DNA from: a virus
Taxonomy: Duplodnaviria; Caudoviricetes
Length of the DNA: 64,000 nucleotides
Virus record (IMG/VR): IMGVR_UViG_3300021400_001413
Location: 15,327 to 79,326 of that record
Direction: 5' to 3' (one strand)
Each line of letters starts with the position of its first letter. The first letter of the stretch is position 1. Below, piece after piece: positions 59,501 to 64,000 of the stretch. Made by a program: the position numbers and the translations under genes. The notes under the pieces are model-generated. The model was not told where the DNA came from. It did no database searches and saw only the letters and a program-made list of their open reading frames with translations.

Positions 59501-62500
59501 TTTGCAGGCAAGGACGCAAGTGAGATTAAACAAGGTCTTGCTGATGGTAGTATTGACTTTGAGGACTTTGATGACTTTGCTAATGCTGACTTGAGTGATG
59601 TTACTGATGATGATGTAAAAGCAGCACAGCAAGAGGTAAAGAAGGCTCAGGAAGGAAATCAGAAAGCTTCAGCTCTGAAGCAGCATATTCAGGAACAACT
59701 TGGTGATAATCCTAGTCAGCAAGAATTAAATGCAGCACAAGCAGCTATGCAAATGGTTGACCAAGCTAATCTGGCTACTGATAATCCTGAGGAATTAAAT
59801 ATTGATATGCCAGAACTGAATCAGATTCCACTTGATGCAATAGACCCAAATGCTAGCATAGAAGATGTGGATGCTCTGAATATGGAAGTACAACAGATGC
59901 TGGCTGATGCATTCAATGCCTTTGAGGAAGATAAGAATGCTCAGGATGATATTCCTGAGACTGCTCCTGCTGGTGCTTTGGAAGATGTGGAAGCTCCTGA
60001 AACTGGACATGATGCCACTACTAAGACTAAACCTGAAGTAGTAGCACCTTCTGTTCAATCTCCCTCTGAAGCTGCCAATGATCCACTCCCAAAGAACCCT
60101 TTAACTGAAGGAGCTATAACTACAATCATTGAGGAGACAAGAAAAGTGTATGATAAGCCAAATACCAATGGTACATGGAGAAGTACTACTACACGTCATC
60201 CTTATGGAGAGAGTACTGGTACTTATCATGAAAATCTTTCAGACAAAGATTCTATTCAGTATAAGAGAAGTAAGGCTATTTGGGAGTATCTGAACAATGA
60301 AGGAACTTTTGACAGACAAGATAATGCCTCTGCTGACAGACTAAAAAGTGGGGATGTAGTCCACTTTATGATAAAATATTTACCTGAAGTATTTGGCTCA
60401 AGACTTGAAGAAGTAAGTGATGAGAACAAGCCTTATGCTTTGGTGATTCTTATGCTTAATGATAATGGAGAAGTTATAGGAGACTTACCTCTTGCAGAAT
60501 TAGAGCCCAGCTTTAAGTCTGGCAATCCATCACTACAAGTAAAAGATCTTATATCTCTTCAGGAGAAAGTATTTAAAGCATTCTTAGATAACTATAAGAA
60601 GAATGGTGGTAATGAGGCTATAGTAGATAGTTTGCTACAAAAACCAAATACTGAGAATCTGAATCTTACTTTTGATAATAGTAAGAAACCTTTGGTATCT
60701 AAAGTTAAGCAGGTAATGAAGGGAGTTGTTCCTTATAGATTTGGCGAAATCAATACTTTGAATGAAGTAGCTAATGAGCAACCTTTTGAATTAGGTGTTG
60801 CTGTTACTGGAACTACTGTAGCTAAGAAGAGAGGGGATAAAAGTCAACATAAAGAGATTGTAATGCCCCATGTAGGTACTACAGGACAGCCCTATCTTCT
60901 TCTTCCTACTCCTTCTGGAGAACAGATAGCAGTGCCTTTCTATATGAAGCCTTTTGATGCTAATAATCACAGAAACACAGAGTTCTACAAGATTCTGAAT
61001 AATGCTATGAATACTTTGTTGGTTAATAATACCTACTCTACAACAGAGCAAAAAGAAGCATTTAATAAAGCGATGGATGTTATTGAAGGACTGCTGCAGA
61101 TTAAAGCTCAAGAGGGAGTAAGAACAGTAGTAGTTGGTAAGGATAATACTACATTCTATTTTCAGAGTCTGACAGATCCAAATAGGAAGATTAACGTAAC
61201 AGTATCTAATTCTTCAGGAAATACTTTTGATATTGTTAAAATGGCTGTTGACCAATTAAGTGGTATTCCTATCAATGTTAGTCTTCAGTTCCTTAATGAT
61301 ACTATTGAGGCTGGTGGAAGAAAGGCTAATTACAACAATGTGATTGGAGAAATAGCAGATATTAATCTGCCTAAGGCTACTAATCACACTGTTAATGGTT
61401 GGTTTACTGTAGAACTTGCCCCATCAGCAGGTATCAAGCCTTCTAAGAGAGTAACTCCGAAGACTACTGGTGTTATTTCAGAGAATATAGGAGACAGAAA
61501 TATAGAGATTAATACTGATACTCTGGTAGCATATGACCCAACTACAGGTGAGGTTATAGAGAATAACGAGGAAGTAAATCTCAGATTAGCACAGATTAAA
61601 GCTGCAAAACCTCAGTACCAAGGTAAAGACAGGATTCAAGTTTCTATAAATGGAGAACTCAGAACTTATGATGTTAAGGAGAATAAGTTTGTGAAGAATG
61701 CTCCTATAAAGAAAGAGACTCCTGCTACTACACAACCTGCTGCTAAGGAAACTCCAGATGTATCTGCTGTTACACCTCCTACTTCTGGAGCTGTATCATT
61801 TGCAGAGCCTCAAACCCCAGCACAACCTCAGACTCAATCTAAGACTCTTGAGCAGATTGAGAATGAGATGAAGCAAAAGAAGATTGTAGGAAGACAGACC
61901 AAGGATGCCTGGGCTGCAATACCTGATGACTTGAAGATGAAACTGGTGAATGAAGGACAATCCCTCCAATTATCCTTTAATGGGAAGACGATGGTGGTTT
62001 CTCTTTCTGATAGAGAAGGTTTAATTCAAGGTCTTACTCAGGCAAACATGGCTGCAAAAGCTGGTAATATGAAAGTATCTGAAGCTGCAAAGCCAATGGA
62101 GAAATCTGGTACTGCTATTCAGAAAGAAAAGGAACAAGCAGCAAGAAGATGGCTGGCTAAGAATCTTCCATCATTATCTTCTGAAGAGAGAACACAGTTT
62201 GTTGATAAACTATCTAGAATGGGAAATGATGCAGGTAAATATTGGGGTAGCTATAGAAGTGGAGTAATACAGATTCAAAATAATGCTCCTATGGGTACTG
62301 TATATCATGAAGCTTTCCACTATGTATTGGACATGGTTCTAAGCCCTGAGGAAAGACAGCAGATACTCGATATTGCCAAAGAGGAATATGGCCTTAATGA
62401 CAACTGGATGGCAGAGGAGAAATTGGCTAATGATTTTAGAAGGTATGCTATGGATGAAAATGCTGAAGGATTCTCTGGTAAGTTGAGAAGATTCTTCAGA

Positions 62501-62794
62501 AAGCTAATGGATAAGATAACAAGATACAATAAAATATCTGATGCTACTATTAATCAGTTATTCTGGAAGATCAATAATGGGGAATTAGCTCAAAAGGCAA
62601 TTCAAGTAGAATCATTTGAGGACAACCAGCAAAGAGTGTTGAGAGAAATCAGAAATGTACAAAAAGAAAAGATGGCATGGAGAAACTTACCAACAGACAC
62701 CAGAAAAGCCCTATTATCATCTGGTCTCTCTGAAGCTGTATATGAACAGATGTCATTAGAGGAAAAGAATCAATATGTAAAATGTAGAGGGTAG
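56504..62794 (+). CDS. giant virion cargo protein with C-terminal zincin domain
   Basis: 2096 aa; hydrophobic N-terminal helices; GTVYHEAFHYV...EEKLANDF; no RNAP DxDxD motif found. Confidence 0.7.
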   Translation: MADIRETGPVGLKGLKGINQQKDISEMSLEEQWKSINSIPKITYSAAPEESVGLAAMQAGYGDSQYDEGITSASQFEDIGDIRYANQPWYDTLANGLGKMLGTAGTTFVSSLVGLPYGLYQAANQGRWSALWDNDVTQGLAEADKWLEENMTNYRSQVQQNSPWYDPENLFSMNFIADDVIKNMGFTLGAAASMAVGSGSLGLLSKSLGFVNDIGKGTKMGQAALSALFSATGEGMIEARQGVEERNKLEMQRLDDALLPQKQALELEFQQVEQEYAANRGKTLVMGPDGNAIDPAYEQYREKMADLQEQRDALQQKYEAGKQQIMESGQEMGNKILLANQGLLTLGNLIQFGKGMVKSFDSARHAAEISSKTIKPTLVGAEKLADGTYKVVGKNAGRALAATKGIFTEGSEEMNQQWIQSSSGASVNEADVNDYWKAKLDPEAYRETTQGLYTVGSILDRGFQESWGDVDQWEQFVIGGLTGMAGSYSPTKIFNQDKTKAAWDPRRYGSWEGGAINELRDFNREYNQYQENIDDLNKILQSEDFPARIKSAVGHTYTQGQKDTAVEGDDKKAWKDADDKQMIHDIQAFLRAGKLDDLRTIYNELGTQLSNEDVQNIIKSTTKEITAEEDKQNSDKWHDEQIAAHQRKITELQQRAQDIGDSQDMLEGAERVDYQAAVTPELEKIFAEIDREYDLISGLEHMKEVYVPKKYYEGAYVDRDGNQIVSNDEIRETVKHNSEELNRKLDSYLNSIDYVNRRTNGALTKDQEDNLAYLHNLGKESNVRMQKIMADVRKQLPKTFLLKTSKTPEQLTKENASSDLVFNRDENTKEGYVEVDTSMMNDAAFADFFQREVMRGGNIRPEFGETADEKAAKEEEEKNLPEAEKKKKARERASKKWQDAIQKMQDDANEQWDTNWRMLVDNFMDNYKKNNNATLDETIEAFQQVKQNLQDASNLFDQAGEYQRTLMEYMANPSKVDEDRAKAENTAQKAADEQQAKNEFAGKDASEIKQGLADGSIDFEDFDDFANADLSDVTDDDVKAAQQEVKKAQEGNQKASALKQHIQEQLGDNPSQQELNAAQAAMQMVDQANLATDNPEELNIDMPELNQIPLDAIDPNASIEDVDALNMEVQQMLADAFNAFEEDKNAQDDIPETAPAGALEDVEAPETGHDATTKTKPEVVAPSVQSPSEAANDPLPKNPLTEGAITTIIEETRKVYDKPNTNGTWRSTTTRHPYGESTGTYHENLSDKDSIQYKRSKAIWEYLNNEGTFDRQDNASADRLKSGDVVHFMIKYLPEVFGSRLEEVSDENKPYALVILMLNDNGEVIGDLPLAELEPSFKSGNPSLQVKDLISLQEKVFKAFLDNYKKNGGNEAIVDSLLQKPNTENLNLTFDNSKKPLVSKVKQVMKGVVPYRFGEINTLNEVANEQPFELGVAVTGTTVAKKRGDKSQHKEIVMPHVGTTGQPYLLLPTPSGEQIAVPFYMKPFDANNHRNTEFYKILNNAMNTLLVNNTYSTTEQKEAFNKAMDVIEGLLQIKAQEGVRTVVVGKDNTTFYFQSLTDPNRKINVTVSNSSGNTFDIVKMAVDQLSGIPINVSLQFLNDTIEAGGRKANYNNVIGEIADINLPKATNHTVNGWFTVELAPSAGIKPSKRVTPKTTGVISENIGDRNIEINTDTLVAYDPTTGEVIENNEEVNLRLAQIKAAKPQYQGKDRIQVSINGELRTYDVKENKFVKNAPIKKETPATTQPAAKETPDVSAVTPPTSGAVSFAEPQTPAQPQTQSKTLEQIENEMKQKKIVGRQTKDAWAAIPDDLKMKLVNEGQSLQLSFNGKTMVVSLSDREGLIQGLTQANMAAKAGNMKVSEAAKPMEKSGTAIQKEKEQAARRWLAKNLPSLSSEERTQFVDKLSRMGNDAGKYWGSYRSGVIQIQNNAPMGTVYHEAFHYVLDMVLSPEERQQILDIAKEEYGLNDNWMAEEKLANDFRRYAMDENAEGFSGKLRRFFRKLMDKITRYNKISDATINQLFWKINNGELAQKAIQVESFEDNQQRVLREIRNVQKEKMAWRNLPTDTRKALLSSGLSEAVYEQMSLEEKNQYVKCRG

Positions 62795-62812
62795 TATTTA
62801 ATTATAAAGGAT

Positions 62813-62941
62813 ATGAGAACTATAAGTAAGAAAGCAAATGGGGGCTCAGTAAGAAGAGCAAAACCAATGACATCCAAGATTAGTGTATCAAGAAGCGGTA
62901 AACGTAGATATGGATGTGGAGGTAGTATTAAGAAAAAGTGA
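62813..62941 (+). CDS. 42-aa highly basic peptide with two xxGG motifs
   Basis: MRTISKKANGGSVRRAKPMTSKISVSRSGKRRYGCGGSIKKK; between the cargo gene stop and a terminator hairpin at about 62959-62990. Confidence 0.65.
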   Translation: MRTISKKANGGSVRRAKPMTSKISVSRSGKRRYGCGGSIKKK

Positions 62942-63003
62942 AACTAATTTAATTAATTGGGATAGGATGTACAACCTATCTCAATTTTTTGTATATTTGC
63001 AAT

Positions 63004-63387
63004 ATGGGAGATACTAATGATAGATTACTACTACACAAGACATTAATACTGTTTATAAAAATAATACCAATGGTGTTAGCGATGTTAGCAGTATTAAATA
63101 CTACATTATCTTATTTTTACATAGATCTGCCTATACTATCTTATATAGGAGGAGTATCTGTGTTGTCTTTAGTTTTCTTTTACTTGGCAAGTTATGTATT
63201 TAAGTTTTGTGAATATCATAGACTGTTTTTGCACTACATAACTATTAATTGGATACTTAATATTATAGATTATTATTTTGGAATTCCTGTATCTGGTAAA
63301 GGAATGTTTCTTATTTATATGGCAGTCACTGGAATATTCATGTTTGTAATTCTATATCTATACTTGAAAGCAAGGAAAAAGAAATAA
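63004..63387 (+). CDS. multi-pass membrane protein
   Basis: About four TM helices with a basic C-terminal tail; TATATTTG at 62992-62999. Confidence 0.65.
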   Translation: MGDTNDRLLLHKTLILFIKIIPMVLAMLAVLNTTLSYFYIDLPILSYIGGVSVLSLVFFYLASYVFKFCEYHRLFLHYITINWILNIIDYYFGIPVSGKGMFLIYMAVTGIFMFVILYLYLKARKKK

Positions 63388-63509
63388 TCTCCTACAATAT
63401 ACACTATACTATACAGCTAATAAAATAATTAGGCATTTGCCACTAATTAATTTATTGGTTTTGACTCCATGTTTTTTATAAATATCTTTGCCAAAAAATA
63501 AGCAAAGAT

Positions 63510-63803
63510 ATGAAACTGTCTCTTGTGCGGATGATAACAAGGCTACTTAGAGAAACCGCAGATAAACTAGATGCTGGTAACTCTGAGATTTCAGAGACTG
63601 AAGCAATGGATATTGCAGAAGCTTTATGTCATCATGTAATGAGCAAGGATACTGCTTGTAGGTATCTTAACATGTCAAGAAGCCGCTTTGATGATTTAAT
63701 CAGAATGAAAAAACTTCCAAAAGGAAGAAAGAGAATTGGTTTTAAAGAGCTTGTTTGGTTTCAAGATGAACTTGATAATTGTGTTAAAAAGTTAAAGAAA
63801 TAA
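63510..63803 (+). CDS. AlpA/excisionase-like HTH protein
   Basis: MSKDTACRYLNMSRSRFDDLIRMKKLPKG...ELVW; promoter TTTG 63460-63463, 19 nt spacer, TATCTTTG 63483-63490. Confidence 0.65.
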   Translation: MKLSLVRMITRLLRETADKLDAGNSEISETEAMDIAEALCHHVMSKDTACRYLNMSRSRFDDLIRMKKLPKGRKRIGFKELVWFQDELDNCVKKLKK

Positions 63804-63806
63804 GAT

Positions 63807-64000
63807 ATGGCTGAAAAAGAAACACAGATAGGAAAGGCAAAAATGAATCAGGCACCTCAAAAGCCTATTTCATTCAAGCTGAAAGATAAAGCCGTCAAGA
63901 ACAAGCATCTTGATGATGGCTCTGTAGATACAAGAGTCCTAAAAGATAAAGCAGTAACTCCAGAGAAGAGATCTGACAACTTTGATAATGAGGTTATCAA
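63807..64000 (+). CDS. partial fibre-like protein (runs off window)
   Basis: MAEKETQIG...LKDKAVKNKHLDDGSV...LKDKAVTPEK, a short repeat typical of fibre proteins. Confidence 0.45.
   Translation, partial: MAEKETQIGKAKMNQAPQKPISFKLKDKAVKNKHLDDGSVDTRVLKDKAVTPEKRSDNFDNEVI

Noticed and set aside
1-64000. Stop-codon reassignment, as known in some crAss-like lineages
   Set aside because: Long genes are intact in the standard code, and genes end in TAG (46629, 51429, 62794) and TGA (18116, 22335).
1-64000. Diversity-generating retroelement
   Set aside because: No reverse transcriptase motifs and no template/variable repeat pair noticed.

Overview
This is a 64-kb segment of an AT-rich Bacteroidota phage with crAss-like (Crassvirales-type) organisation. 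A leftward block (1-13.1 kb) encodes primase, SSB, a Sak4-like ATPase, DnaB, an SF2 helicase, many small ORFs and a tRNA-Arg(UCU) split by a 597-nt group I-like intron. A rightward block (13.6-64 kb) encodes lysis genes, TerL, portal, scaffold, major capsid, ring/hub/fibre/muzzle proteins and large virion cargo proteins. Five features are unusual. (1) An intact tyrosine integrase lies beside a complete-looking attP (tRNA-Ser 3' core, arm-type repeats, replacement terminator), suggesting a temperate crAss-like phage. (2) The tRNA intron has a canonical catalytic core but ends that do not fit canonical splicing. (3) A candidate ncRNA of about 470 nt has its own promoter, a closing hairpin and long-range pairings. 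(4) A recurrent AxGG motif links the virion cargo proteins, an orphan zincin cargo and a 42-aa basic peptide. (5) No RNA polymerase catalytic gene is found at its usual locus, one cargo gene is inverted, and host-type TAnnTTTG promoters precede most operons. All calls come from manual reading without database searches. Structural gene names rest largely on recalled synteny with PhicrAss001.
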